This document shows, one piece after another, positions 24,448 to 43,189 of a stretch of 64,000 nt of DNA (position 1 is the first letter of the stretch; each line of letters starts with the position of its first letter). Source of the DNA: the human T2T-CHM13v2.0 reference genome, Homo sapiens. Location of the stretch: NCBI GenBank assembly GCA_009914755.4, contig CP086569.2, forward strand, positions 18,624,001 to 18,688,000. The letters run 5' to 3'. Below the pieces are notes generated by a model, which saw nothing but the letters and a program-made list of their open reading frames with translations, made no database searches and was not told the DNA's origin. Both the position numbers and the translations under genes were made by a program.

Positions 24448-27279
24448 AAGTAAGGTAAAACAGACAACTCACCTCCAGAGAAATGAGTCTTTAAGTTCCT
24501 TTTTCCTTCTGGCCCCATGACCTCTGCTCAAGCAGAGTTCAGAATGCATGCTCCCTATAGTCTCGGAGAAGTAGAAAATATTGCATCCATAGAAAGTAAC
24601 AAAATTTAGGAAGATAATAAGAAAATTTAGAGATTAGGAAAAACAGTTTGAAATTCTCTTAAAATGTGTAAGTCTGAAAAAAAATGGAAGACAGAATCTA
24701 AAAATTATTTCAAAACCATACACAATTAAAAAAATAAACCACAAGAAAAGTGGTTAGCTCTCTGGGAGATTAGTCCCAGATTTGCAGTAGTGAAATAGCA
24801 TTTGACATGTAAAAACCCAGGGAGGCAGTTATGAAAGCCCTTGGAATGACAGCTCAATCCCAGGCCTAGAGAGATATTGGTTGGGTGGGAACAGGAAAAA
24901 GGAAGGCATCCAGCAGTGACTTTTCAGATGGGAGGTTAGAAATGAGGGAAGATATTAAGGATGTGATAAAAGGAGACAATTTAATTTTAAATAGAAAGAA
25001 GAAAAGGCAATAGAAACTCCAAGAAAATAGAAAGCTAAAGAAAAAATATGTGTATACCCATAGAATACCAAGACATGTATGGGAATTCACAGTACTAATA
25101 TACTTCCTACAAGAGGAAAGTCACAAGATTCTATTGTATTGGATCAACAAGATGTATATCTAAATATTTATACTCTACAGTTACTTACAACGTCAATGAT
25201 AACTAAGAAAGAAACTAAAATCATCATATTCCTACCATTGGCTGAGGGTGGAGGAAAGGTGGGAGTCTAAGAAACTCAGTCTTCCTCTGTTGTACCTGGT
25301 TGTTAACAGGTAGTTCAGGGGACTAGGGTGAGGTGCACATGGTGGCAGCTCCTTCTGTGTAACTCTTGCCTCACCTCTGTATTTTTCAGTCATGTGCATA
25401 TATTTTTTATTTTCAAAATAAAATATATGAGAAATAATATATGGTATCAGAGACTCTAGGAATAGTCTCTGTTCCAGCTGTCCTGGTTCCAAGTCTAATG
25501 AAGCACCACAGATTCCAGCAGAAAATCCTGGCTCTACCCACACTTCCACTCCCTCAAATGAGACCCAAGTAATCACCAGATACAGCTGAAAAACTCAAGA
25601 TCTGTCCAAAGCAGATCCACATGTAGACATCACCAAGGGTATCAATAGACACAACCACAGAGGTGTCTGCAGTGTGCATCATGAAGTCCAGCCCCTAACT
25701 TTAGACCAACTTCCCAGTCTGGAAGGAAATTTCCTTAGAGGATGCCAGTGCTAGTGGCATCAGCCACGACTCAGGTGCAGCCATGGAGTGGTCCAGCATG
25801 TTACTGTAAGCAGCCAGAGGGCAGAGGAAAGGAGCAAGAAAGATGAGAGGGAGGGTGGCAACATCATGGGTGGGCCCCTACTGGTATATCTCACTACCCT
25901 ACAGTGGCCTGGGGGACACAAAGAACACGATATTTTGATGGGCAGAGGCTCTCTCAGGCCAGAGCAGTAGGACTTGGAAAGAAACTGAAGCCAAGCTGAG
26001 GAATGAGGTTTCCTGTTTCAATTTGACCACTCGTGGCTGTGGATCCCAGGATATCACAAATTGCAATGCCTTTCCCATTTTCTCTGTGGCTGCAAACACT
26101 TGGGTCAGGCTCTCATTGACCTGGCGCCCTTGAGGCACTTAATAAAGCCTATTACTTGAAACTGATAATACATTAGCACTTTATTTACTATGACTTTCAA
26201 TGAAGTATTGTTCTCCAGTATTGAAAATAGGAAAACGATTAACAAGAGCTTGATAGTTACGTGAATAAACAATGGTTGATCCTAAAGAACAATTAGGCAG
26301 CACTTGATAATAAACAGTTGGTATTTCATGTATGCTCACTGTGTCTCAATGGTACTCTTAGGCTTTTGATAACCACCCCCACTTAATCTTTGCAACAATC
26401 CCCATGGCAGGTCCTGGCACCATCCCTATTTTAGAGGTGAGAAGTCACGTGAACCCACCAAGGGTCACACACTTGGGCAGTGCAGGATCTAAATATAAGC
26501 AGGCAAAAGAGGTGCCAAGAAAGATGATAATATCCTAATGGTAGGTGGAAAGGAGGAGAAAAAGTACACACGATGTGAAGGCCAGACAAGACATAGGCCA
26601 GCCCCAAATGTAGACCAGATCCACAGCTGGCCAGCCTTCACTTTTCTTATCTTAAAGGATCCTCCTCATCAAAGGAAGATCACAGAGTGCAGGGAGTGTG
26701 CTCAAAAAAGTACTGATATGAAGCAGAAACATGAGAAAAGAGAAACCAAAAAAAAAGCTAAAAATAAACACACCAGAATTACAGCTGGGTTTGTCTTTAG
26801 GTGACAGGCCCACAAGTGTCTTTTTCTAAGTCTGTTTTCTCCATTCTCCAAAATAGACATAAATTCAGGTGATGAGTCAGGCTGCAGGAGTAAGCATACG
26901 ATCAGAGAAAACTGCTCCCCAAACCTGGCCCCTGGCCTGGGCTCCTGGCTGGTGGCTTCCCCTTCCCTGGGGTCTGTCCTTATCCCAGAGACAGAGCCCT
27001 GTCATCTCGACACCCATTCCATGCCCTAGTCACCCATAAAGAGTAGAGGGGAACTGAACAGGCGAAATGGTCTCGTGGCCCATGGGATGACAGTACCTGG
27101 CAGTCAGTGCCATTCAAATTGTCTTGTCTCCAGGAAAGTCCAAGCCCAAGTCCTTGAGTGTTGTCTTGGGACTGTGGAGGCCCATTTTATTCATGTCCCT
27201 CTAAAAGAGATCAGATGGAAGAAGAAGTTTTGTGGGACTCTGAGGCCCAGCCTTCTTCCCAGCAGGTAAAGCAGGCCTG

Positions 27280-27965
27280 CTGTCTGGAAAATGCTGTCAC
27301 CACAGGGCCACCCCAATATTCTTTGTTTATCTCTTATCCTGTCTTTGGTCCAAACCAAATACCCATAATTACTAACTGGAAAAGAGAGTTTCTGGGGTGC
27401 CAGTTGAGTTGGTCACCCCTGTGTGAGAAACCCATGGGGAGCCATGGGCAGCCTCTGAGTAGAAAAGTCTCCTTATTGCCTTCACGTATTTATGCCCCGA
27501 GTGCATAACTGCTCAGCAGTATTCCACAGGTTGCTCAGGGAGATAACACTCCCTTGAAGCAATGGAGTATAATCAAACATCTTGGCTCCTCCTGAAACCA
27601 GCTCCCACCCGTTTCAGTCCCGATAAGTTACAGATCTTAAGTAGGTTAGACACACACTTTTGCTCAAGGAAATTCACAGAAACCGCCAGTGCCAAACATC
27701 TTACTGAATGGCTCAGGAGTTCTCCTTCTCTGATTAATCCTTTTCCTCATCCATTTCTCCCCCTCCCAGCTGCCCTGAGAACAAAGAGCTTGTAAACCAA
27801 TAAATTGGGTGAAGCCCAAGAGCAATGGGCCATGAGCAAGCCTTCAATGCTCTGGTCCTCTAGATGCACCTTTTAAATGTTTATTCTCTCTCTTTCTAAT
27901 TCCTTTGTCTCCTCCAGACTCAGGGTACCCACTGGGTGGTGTGGGACTGGTTTCCCCAACACTAA
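27280..27965 (+). repeat. LTR-like / unclassified interspersed repeat, copy A (homologous to the reverse complement of 35440-35995)
   Basis: GGGGTGCCAGTTGAGTTGGTCACCCCTGTGTGAGAAACCCATGGGGAGCCATGGGCAGCCTCTGAG … GATTAATCCTTTTCCTCATCCATTTCTCCCCCTCCCAGCTGCCCTGAGAACAAAGAGCTTGTAAACCAATAAATTGGGTG … GGCCATGAGCAA. About 80% identity to the reverse complement of copy B. Confidence 0.45.
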
Positions 27966-28204
27966 CCTCGGACATTCCAAATATTGATGCTTGTATTGTC
28001 TCTCGAATCAACTCAACAAGCCCTCCTCTGGTAACACAATAGCCTTTTCTCTAGCAAAGAACTGAACCTACCATACAGTGACCCTGAAATGCAGACAGGC
28101 AGACACAACCCTGCTTGGGCCTGTCCTGAGCCTCAGATCTCTGGTTTCAATGATCTCACAGCCAGCTGATTGAAAGGGACGGGGAAGTGTGTGGAGGAAG
28201 CACT

Positions 28205-28274
28205 CTCCACACGACTGCACTCCAGCCTGGGTGACAGAATGAGTCTCCGTCTCAAAAAAAAAAAAAATACCTTT
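28205..28274 (+). mobile_element. Alu 3'-terminal fragment with poly(A)
   Basis: ACGACTGCACTCCAGCCTGGGTGACAGAATGAGTCTCCGTCTCAAAAAAAAAAAAAAA. Confidence 0.7.
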
Positions 28275-28296
28275 AAAAATGCATCCTATTTTTTCC

Positions 28297-34490
<6,194 letters not shown>

Positions 34491-34611
34491 AAAAATGCAT
34501 CCTATTATGTTCATTTCATGTGTACGACATATGCTATGGGATACATATTGATATTTCAAGGCTACTATACTGGAACAAATTAACATATTTCTAATCTCAC
34601 ATAGTTACTGC

Positions 34612-34850
34612 TATAGTTTGGATATTTGCCTTTACAAACTTTATGCTGAAATTTGATCCCCAGTGTTGGAGGTGAGGTTGAGTGGGAGATGCTCGGGTCA
34701 TGGGGGTGGATACTTTGTGAAAAGCTTGGTGTCATTCTTGTGATAAGGAGGGAGATCTTTTTTTTATTAGCTTTTGAGAACTCATTAAAAAAAAAAGCCT
34801 GGCACCACCCTCCCTTCTGTTGCATATATGTGATTATAAATATTTTTCTT
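34612..34850 (+). mobile_element. MaLR (THE1/MST-like) LTR fragment
   Basis: CTATAGTTTGGATATTTGCCTTTACAAACTTTATGCTGAAATTTGATCCCCAGTGTTGGAGGTGAGGTTGAGTGGGAGATGCTCGGGTCATGGGGGTGGATACTTTGTGAAAAGCTTGGTGTCATTCTTGTGATAAGGAGGGAG. Compare MaLR consensus TGATATGGTTTGGCTGTGTCCCCACCCAAATCTCATCTTGAATTGTAGCTCCCATAATTCCCACGTGTTGTGGGAGGGACCC…GGGGGC. Confidence 0.55.
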
Positions 34851-34859
34851 TCTGTGTCT

Positions 34860-35440
34860 GGTTTATTTCACTTAGCATAGTTTCCTCCAAGCTCCTCCAT
34901 GGTTTGGCAAATGGCAAGATCTCATTCTTGTTTAGGGCTAAGTAATATTTCTTTGTACTGGACAATAAGGCTTTTTCCATATTTCAGCTATTATTAATAA
35001 TGCTGCGATGAACATGAGAGTGCAAATATCTCCATGAGTTAGGGATTTCCTTTGGTTATATGTCTAAAGGAAGAGTTGTTGAGACATAAGGTAGTTTTAT
35101 TTTTAATTTTCCAGAAACCTCCATACCAACTTTTATAACTGCTACCCATTACCAGCAACACTCTACATGAGTTTCATTTTCTGTACATCCTAGCCAACCT
35201 TTGTGATCTTTTGAGTTTTTAATAATAGCTTTCCTGATGTGAGTTATGTAACGCCTCAAAGTACCTTTGATTTAAATTTTTTCTGATGATTAATGATTTT
35301 GAATGTTTCAAATACCTGTTGCCCATTTTTATATGTTCCTTGGAGAAATGTCAATTCAGAGCTTTTGCTCAGCTTTTAATATGTTTATTTGTTTTGCTGC
35401 TGTTGAGTTGTACAATGTTGGGGAAAACAGTCGCACAACA
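34860..35440 (-). mobile_element. Ancient L1 (L1M/L1ME-type) 3'-end fragment, antisense
   Basis: TTAGCATAGTTTCCTCCAAGCTCCTCCATGGTTTGGCAAATGGCAAGATCTCATTCTTGTTTAGGGCTAAGTAATATTTC…GCTATTATTAATAATGCTGCGATGAACATGAGAGTGCAAATATCTC…TTTTTAATTTTCCAGAAACCTCCATACCAACTTTTATAACTGC…GAGAAATGTCAATTCAGAGCTTTTGCTCAGCTTTTAATATG. The classic antisense L1M 3'-end motif set. Confidence 0.6.
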
Positions 35441-35995
35441 CCCGGCAGGTACTTTGAGTCTGGGGGAGACAAAGGAGTTAGAAAGAGAGAGAATAAGCAC
35501 TTAAAAGGCGGGTCCAGGGGGCCCGAGCATCGGAGGGTTGCTCATGGCCCACAGTTGTCAGGCTCCACCTAATTAAATGGTTTACAAGCTCTTTGTTCTT
35601 AGGGTAGATGGGAGGGGGAGGAAGGAATGAGGAAAAGGATTAATCCGTGAAGGAGAACTGGTGAGTCATTGAATTCTTATAGCACTGGCGGTTTCTGTGA
35701 ATTCCCTTGAGCAAAGGCGTGTGTCTAAACTACTTAAGATCTCTAATTTATTAGGACTGAAACGGGTGGGAGCAGGTTTCACGAAAAGCCAAGAGGTTTG
35801 ATTATACTCCACTGCTTCAAGGGAGTTTTATCTCCCTGAGCAACCAGTGGAATGCACTGCGCCGTTGTGCTCTCAGCAATAAAGACATGAAGGCAATACG
35901 GAGATTTGCTCCTCAGAAGCCGCCCATGGCTCCCCATGGGTGTCTCACACGGGGCAGATAAAATCAACTGGCACCCCAGAAACTTTCTTTCCCAC
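35440..35995 (-). repeat. LTR-like / unclassified interspersed repeat, copy B (inverted relative to copy A at 27280-27965). Its far end is apparently truncated where the old L1 sequence resumes at about 36000
   Basis: The reverse complement reads GATTAATCCTTTTCCTCATTCCTTCCTCCCCCTCCCATCTACCCTAAGAACAAAGAGCTTGTAAACCATTTAATTAGGTGGAGCC…GGCCATGAGCAACC… and GGGGTGCCAGTTGATTTTATCTGCCCCGTGTGAGACACCCATGGGGAGCCATGGGCGGCTTCTGAGGAGCAAATCTCCGTATTGCC. Confidence 0.45.
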
Positions 35996-35999
35996 ATAC

Positions 36000-37365
36000 A
36001 AGTCCTTCATAAATTTTAGATCTTAACCCATCATCAGATACATAGCTTGAAAATATTTTCCCCAATATTTTGGCTATTGTATTCGGTCGATTGGTTCCTT
36101 TACTGTGCAAAAGTTTTTCATTTGATGTAGTCTTGCTCATTTGTTTTTCTTTATGTGGACTGAGTTTTTAATATGATATTCAAAATAATTATTACCGAGG
36201 CCATCACTCATGAGCTTTTTTCTATGTTCTCTTCTAGATGTTTTAGAGGTTGCAGTCTTACATTTAGGATTTTCCAACTCATCTTCAGTTGATTTTTGTG
36301 TATGATGTAAAATGTGAATCCAATTTTGTTCTTCTGCATGTGGAAATCTAGTTCTCCCAGCACTACTCATAGTAAAGATGATCTTCTTCTCATGTTATCA
36401 TTTTGCTGCAGATTTCAAAAACTAATTGACTATATATGCTTGGATGTATTTCTCGATTCTCTGTTCTGCTCATTTGGCTATGTTTCTGTGTTCATGCCAA
36501 TTTCAAATAAGGTGGTGTGGTTCTTCCTACTTCTTTTTTCTTTCTCAACAATGTTTTCACAATTTATGGCTCTCTATATAGCTATACAAGTTTTATATTT
36601 TGTTTTCTATTTCTGTGAAGAATGCTATTGAAATTTTGATTGAATAGCATTGAATCTGTGTATTGCTTTTGATGCTATAAATACTTTAACAATATTAATT
36701 CTCCCAATCCATAAGCATAGACAATCTTTCCAATTATTTTTGTCTTCTTAAATTGATTTTATCAATGTCTCATAGTTTTCAATGGAGAGATCTGTTACTT
36801 TCTGGTTACCTTTTTTTTAAGTATTTAATTTCTTTGATATGCTTATAAGTCAGACGAGTTTCTTGAATTCTTTTTCAGTTAGGTAATTATTTGTACAATG
36901 ACATTACCAAATCTGTTCATTGGTTCTAACACTTTCTTAAATAGAATATTTGAGCTGTTTTTACATATAGGAGATTGTCATCTGCAAAGAGAGAATACTT
37001 TACTTATTGCTATAAAATTTGGCTGCCTTTTATTTTTTATTTTTTGTCATCAGATGTTTATGTTCCCTATTTGATTTGTTTCTGTTTTAATTGTTATTTT
37101 ATTCATTGTGCTAACTTTGAATTTAATTGTTTTTCCTTCCAGTTTCTTAGATACAATGAGATGTTGCTTATTTGGTATCTTTATTTGTTTAATGTGTGGA
37201 TTTATTGCTGTAATCTTGCATCATAATGCTGCTTCACTGCACACCATAGGTTTAGGTGTGTTGTGTTTCCACTATTATTTATCTGAAGATATTTATGAAT
37301 TTTTCTTTTTATATTTCGTTTCATCAATTCATTACTTAAGAGCAGTGTTTTAAAAATGTTCATAT
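36000..37365 (-). mobile_element. Old L1 (L1PB/L1MA-like) ORF2 fragment, antisense
   Basis: Antisense ORF2 motifs: TTCTGTGAAGAATGCTATTGAAATTTTGATTGAATAGCATTGAATCTGTGTATTGCTTTTGATGCTATAAATACTTTAACAATATTAATTCTCCCAATCCATAAGCATAGACAATCTTTCC and GAGATTGTCATCTGCAAAGAGAGAATACTTTACTTATTGC. Confidence 0.7.
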
Positions 37366-37366
37366 A

Positions 37367-37665
37367 GGCTGAGGGGCGGTGGCTCACGCCTGTAATCTCA
37401 GCACTTTGGGAGGCCGAGGCGGGCGGATCATGAGGTCAGGAGATCGAGACCATCCTGACTAACACGGTGAAACCCTGTCTCTACTAAAAATATGAAAAAT
37501 TAGCTAGGCGTGGTGATGGGCACCTCCAGTGCCAGCTACTTGGGAGGCTGGGGGAGGAGAATGTCATGAACCTGGGAGGCGGAGCTTGCGGTGAGCCGAG
37601 ATTGTGCCACTGTGCTGCATTCTGGGCAACAGAGCGAGACTCTGTCTCAAAAAAAAAAAAAAAAG
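37367..37665 (+). mobile_element. Alu SINE (AluS/Y-like) with 15 nt poly(A), inserted into the old antisense L1
   Basis: GGCTGAGGGGCGGTGGCTCACGCCTGTAATCTCAGCACTTTGGGAGGCCGAGGCGGGCGGATCATGAGGTCAGGAGATCGAGACCATCCTGACTAACACGGTGAAACCCTGTCTCTACTAAAAATATGAAAAATTAGCTAGGCGTGGTGATGGGCACC…GCGGTGAGCCGAGATTGTGCCACTGTGCTGCATTCTGGGCAACAGAGCGAGACTCTGTCTC A(15). Confidence 0.9.
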
Positions 37666-38820
37666 TTCAGTATTTGTGACTTTTTTTCAAGATTTCTCCT
37701 CTTACTGATCTTTGGTTTGCTACCATGATGGTCTGAAAAAATATTAAATATGCTTTTAGCAATCTTACTTTGTTAAGACTTGTTTATGGCCTAGTATGTG
37801 GTCTATTTTAGAGAATCTTCCATGTGTGTTACAGCAAAATATATATTCGGCTGTACACTATGAAAAGTTCTGTATATGTCTGTTGGGTTCATTTAGTTAA
37901 AACTAGAATTCCAGTCTGGCATTTTCTTATTAAGTTTCTGTCGAGTTTATCTATTCCTTGTTGTAATTGAGGTACTGAAATTTCCTACAATTATTTTATT
38001 GCCATTTTTTTCTTCATTTCTATTTATATTTGCTTTAAATATTTAGGTGCTCCATTGTTGAGTGCAGATGTATATATATAATTGTTATATCCTGTTGATA
38101 AATTGATTGCTTTATTATTAAATGATGACCTTCTTGGTCTTATGACAGGTTTTGAATTGAAATCTCTTTTATAGATAGGAGTATAGCCACTCCTAATTTT
38201 TTATTACCATTTGCATAGAGGTATCTTCTTCTATTCCTTCACTTTCAGCCTGTTTGTCCTTAAAGATTAGGTGGGTCTCATAGGTAACATGTAGTTGAAT
38301 CCCATTTTTAAAATCCATTTGGTCACTCCACGTCTTTTAATTGCATAATTTAATTCATTTACATTCTAGATAATTATTGATAAGTTCTTACTACTGTTAT
38401 CTTGTTAGTTGTTTCTGATTGAGTCATACATCATTTTTTCCTTTCTTCCTCCCATGAATGCTTTTAAATGTTTAGCATTTAAATATTTTCAGTAGTGATA
38501 AGCTTTGATTCATTTGTTTTTATCATTAGTGTTGCTGCTGTAGTTTTTGATGGTCATCAAAGGCTCAGAGAAAACATCTTATAGTTAATAATCAACTAGT
38601 TTAAGCTGACAACATTTGTCACATAAAAACTCTAGACATTTACCCTCTGTTCCAATTATGTTTTTGACGTCACAATTTATGTCTTCTAATACTGTGTCTT
38701 CCTTAAAAACCTATTGTTGACAAGTCTTTTGCCGAATGATTTCAAGCTCCTCCATTTTTTGTTTATTTTCCCTTAGTGCTTTTAGAATTTTCTTTATTTC
38801 TCAACCTTTGAGAGTTTGCT

Positions 38821-38821
<1 letters not shown>
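37666..38821 (-). mobile_element. Old L1 ORF2 fragment, antisense (continuation of 36000-37365 across the Alu insertion)
   Basis: …GGTGCTCCATTGTTGAGTGCAGATGTATATATATAATTGTTATATCCTGTTGATAAATTGATTGCTTTATTATTAAATGATGACCTTC…ATAGATAGGAGTATAGCCACTCCTAATTTTTTATTACCATTTGCATAGAGGTATC…CCTTAAAGATTAGGTGGGTCTCATAGGTAACATGTAGTTGAATCCCATTTTTAAAATCCATTTGGTCACTC…. Confidence 0.65.
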
Positions 38822-38854
<33 letters not shown>

Positions 38855-40758
38855 GCAGCACTTTTATTTTTCCTTACACAATGATATGTTGCTGAGGCCT
38901 AATGTTCTCACATAACAGTAGAAAACAAAAATTTGTTGTCATTTCTTTAAAGAATCAAGAATTTCATACAAAAAACCTTACATAAATTAAAAGGATGAAT
39001 ACATTTACAGGTGTAAATGCAAACTGCTTCCAACTCAAGGCAAGTGACAGCCTACGGTGTTCTGGCAAAAAACATCAGCTAAGAAAGGAAACTGTGTCCT
39101 GTGGTTTGGACTTTCCAGCCCTAACAGACAGGCAGGGCAGACGCAACTGGTTCAGGAGCACTTGCCAGCCTCTAGAGAAATCCCAGCGCAGTCAGCCCTG
39201 ACACATTAATACCCTGCACAGATCAGAGACTGCTGGCCATGCACACTCACCAAGCCACAGACTTGTCTTCCACAAGCACGTTCTTACCTCAGTCACGAAG
39301 TGACCAAGCCACGTGCACTAAAGATTGAACTCAAAGATATGTACACAGTATTAAACGAATACCGAGGGGAACAGTTAACTTGAATACAAGGTCAAAAAAT
39401 CCAGTGCTGACGTCAGATACAAGCTTCAAGGACAATTTCTTTTCAAAGGCTTATTCCAGTTTCATGAGGTTAGCATGAGGTGTATGCATTTGCCAAGGGC
39501 AAATTTATGCTTCTGAATTAACCCATGCAGCAAATGCTACACATCTGCTCGTTCCATTTAGAAGCATTTGTGGTGGACGATGTAGGGGCCTGACTCATCA
39601 TACTCCTGCTTGCTAATCCATGTCTGCTGGAAGGTGACCAGTGAGTTCAGGATGGAGCAACCGATCCACACTGAGAACTTGCGCTCTGGGGGTGCAATGA
39701 TCTTAATCTTCATGGTGCTGGGCGCCAAGGCAGTGATCTCCTTCTGCATCCTGTCAGCAATGCCTGGATACATGGTGGTGCCACCGGATAGTACCGTATT
39801 GGTGTATAGGTCTTTGCGGATGTCCACGTCACACTTCTTGATGGAGTTGATGGTGGTCTGGTGGATGCGGCAAGATTCCATGCACGGGAAGGAAGGCTGG
39901 AACAGCACCTCCGGACACCAGAACCACTCATTGCCAATGGTGATGACCTGGCCATCGGGCAGTTCATAGCTCTTCTCCAGAGAAGAGGAGGATGCAGGGG
40001 TGGCCATCTCCTGCTTGAAGTCCAGGGAGACCTAGCACAGCTTCTCCTTGATATCGCGCATGATTTCCCGCTGGGCTGTGTTGGTGAAGCTGTAGCCTCT
40101 CTCCTTGAGGATCTTCTTGAGGTACTCAGTCAAGTCCCAGCCAGTCAGGTCCAGATGCAGGATGGCATGGGGAAGGGAGTAGCCCTCGTAGATGGGCACC
40201 GTGTGGGTGACCCTGTGTCCACAGTCCATGACAATGCCAGTGGTGCGCCCAAAGGCATAGAGGGACAGCACATCCCGGATGGCCACGTACATGGCCGGGG
40301 TATTGAAGGTCTCAAACATAATCTGAGTCATTTTCTCTCTGTTGTCCTTGGGGTTCAGTGGGTCCTCGGTCAGCAGCACTGGCTGCTACTCCGGGGCCCC
40401 ATGCAGCTCATTGTAGAAGTGGTGCCAGATCTTCTCCATGTTGTCCCAGTTGGTGATGATGCCATGCTTGATGGGGTACTTCAGCGTCAGAATGCTGCGC
40501 TTGCTCTGGGCTTCATTGCCCACGTAGGAGTCCTTCTGGCCCATGTCCACCATCACGCCCTGGTGTCCGGGGAACCCAACGGTGGAGGGAAACATGGCTT
40601 GGGGAGCATCGTCCCCTGCAAAGCCAGCTTTGCACATGCAAGAGCCATTGTCAATGACGAGCGCAGCGATCTCTTCTTCTACTGCGATGGACAGAGGAGT
40701 GGGACAGAGGAGCGGCAGAAGAACAAGGTAGGCGAGCTGGCAGTGGCGACTGAGAGCC
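38822..40758 (-). pseudogene. Gamma-actin (ACTG1-derived) processed pseudogene: 5'UTR, full-length CDS with premature stops and many substitutions, about 0.7 kb 3'UTR, and poly(A) tail (seen as T(33) on the plus strand)
   Basis: Minus-strand translation gives …[98 protein letters not shown] (stop) [117 protein letters not shown] (stop) [157 protein letters not shown]. The [13 protein letters not shown]-terminus is diagnostic of gamma- over beta-actin. The 3'UTR matches ACTG1 (…GCATGGGTTAATT…GGAATAAGCCTT…GGAAAAATAAAAGTGCTGCC then poly(A)). The 5'UTR reverse complement is …CAGTCGCCACTGCCAGCTCGCC…TTGTTCTTCTGCCGCTCCTCTGTCC. Candidate TSD is AGAGTTTG at both flanks. Confidence 0.92.
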
Positions 40759-41048
40759 AGAGTTTGATTCTTGTTTGTTGTGGGGTAGTTTTATGGGGTA
40801 TTAATCTTTTTTGTAGTTGCCGATTTTTCTGAACCTGTATATTTATCTCTCTCTCAAATTTTTGAAAGTTGTTATTATTCATTTGAATATGCTGTATATA
40901 CCTTCCTTTTGCGGAACTCTTTCATGAATATTGCTAAATCTTAGATTTGCTTATTTAAGGTAATTTTGTATATCTGGTAAATGTTCTTTATTCTTTTTGA
41001 TTGTTTTTCTGTTTTGTTCTTTGTGCATTTCTGAATAACCTATGTTAA

Positions 41049-41385
<337 letters not shown>

Positions 41386-42845
41386 TGATAACTCATTTTA
41401 GAGCTCACTGATTGTTTATTCTGTTTGATATATTCTTCTATTGAAAGCCTTCTTAATTTTCCACTTTAACCAGTATATTTCTCAGTTCCAGGACTTTTTT
41501 TATTGTTAAATAATTTCAGTACATTTTTTAAAGTTTCTTTCAGAAGCGTTATCAGTTCCTTTTCTGTGTTGTTTTAGAGATCTGAATTTCCTGAAAGCTG
41601 ATATTTTGAATTTTTGATCCAATAATCACTGATAGCCATCTCATTAATTAGCATTGGTCAATGGTTTATGCTTTGTCCATTAAGGGAGGTTATAATTTCC
41701 TGTTTGGTATTATTGCTCGTGGTTATACATCTGTATCTTTTTATTGAAGGACTAGTTATTTAGTTTATTGTTTTCTCTGTCTTATTTTACATTTTGTTGT
41801 ATATAATTGCTTTGAGTTTTCTTTAAGACATAAGTATTGTGGGGTATTGTTTGCTTGATTTTGGCTAGGTCAGTGCCTCTGTTTTGGCAGTAGATGGTGC
41901 CTTAAGCCCAGGTTTATTTCAGCTCTAACAAACAAACTTTGAAACACTGCCAGTCTCCTATCTGAGACATTTTGAAGGGGATATCCTGTGTGGGAAGGCT
42001 CTCTATAGGTTTGTGATCAAGGAAATTATGCAATATACCTCCTACCTTATGGTAATGCTGTGCAGGCACTCAGGTTTGGCATCTCCTGTGACTGAGCTAT
42101 CCAGGCTGGAGATGGTAGTCCTTCTTTCTACTTCATCCCTGGTTTTCCTCAGGTTTTTTTTTCTCTTTTCAGGCACTCACAAGACTTCCTTGGGTAAAGA
42201 CAGGAATAATTCTCCTGCCAGGGAATCCAAAATGATGGGGAAGCTGGCCATCCACTTTAAACTTTATTTTAGTAAGTGTAGTAACCAAGAGTCAGAGGAG
42301 TTTTTTTGTTTGTTTGTTTTGTTCACACTTGGTTGTCAGCAGACTAGGGGACAAGTGTCATGAATATAAAAGGCCAACTTTTTTACCCTCTGCCTGGTTT
42401 CTTCACTTCTCTGTCACCCTAGGAGCAGGCTCATTCTCACTTTTGAGCTCTGTGTTATTGATGGTGATAATCTCAGCACTGTATACTCAGTTTTGGTTTT
42501 TCTGTGGGTGTTCTTGGGGGGTTAGGGTTGGGGGCAATTGATGGGCAGCTTCCTTTACTTTGCCATATTTTTTACAAAAGTACTCTCCTCTAATTTACAC
42601 TTTTTCTGCTTCCTTGTGTGTACATTTATGTTACAAATTTTACATTTCTTCTTTTTTATCTCTATCTTTACACATATATATTTCTCAACATTGATTTAGC
42701 GCATTTCAGAAGCTTTAGTATGTTTTAGTTTTTCTTTTGTTTGTGAAAATTAATTCCTTGCAGATTCTTCAGTTAACCATAGGTTGTTGAAGAGTGTATT
42801 TATTATTTTCCAAACAATATACATTTTTCAGTCTTTAGAAAATGA
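41386..42845 (-). mobile_element. Old L1 5'-region (5'UTR/ORF1) fragment, antisense. Probably the continuation of the L1 into which the actin retrocopy inserted
   Basis: Compositional and motif similarity to antisense old-L1 5' regions. Not aligned base by base. Confidence 0.35.
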
Positions 42846-42848
42846 ATC

Positions 42849-43185
<337 letters not shown>

Positions 43186-43189
43186 GCCT

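Noticed and set aside
24450-26500. Unique-looking block with weak similarity to old LINE ORF1/ORF2 sequence (for example 24990-25260)
   Set aside because: Similarity was too weak and unstructured to call by eye. It needs RepeatMasker.
39861-40832. Longest ORF in the window (323 aa, plus strand)
   Set aside because: It lies exactly antisense to the gamma-actin processed pseudogene. Actin's GC-rich, codon-biased CDS is known to leave a long open antisense frame. No homology to any protein family I recognise, and it sits within a pseudogene.
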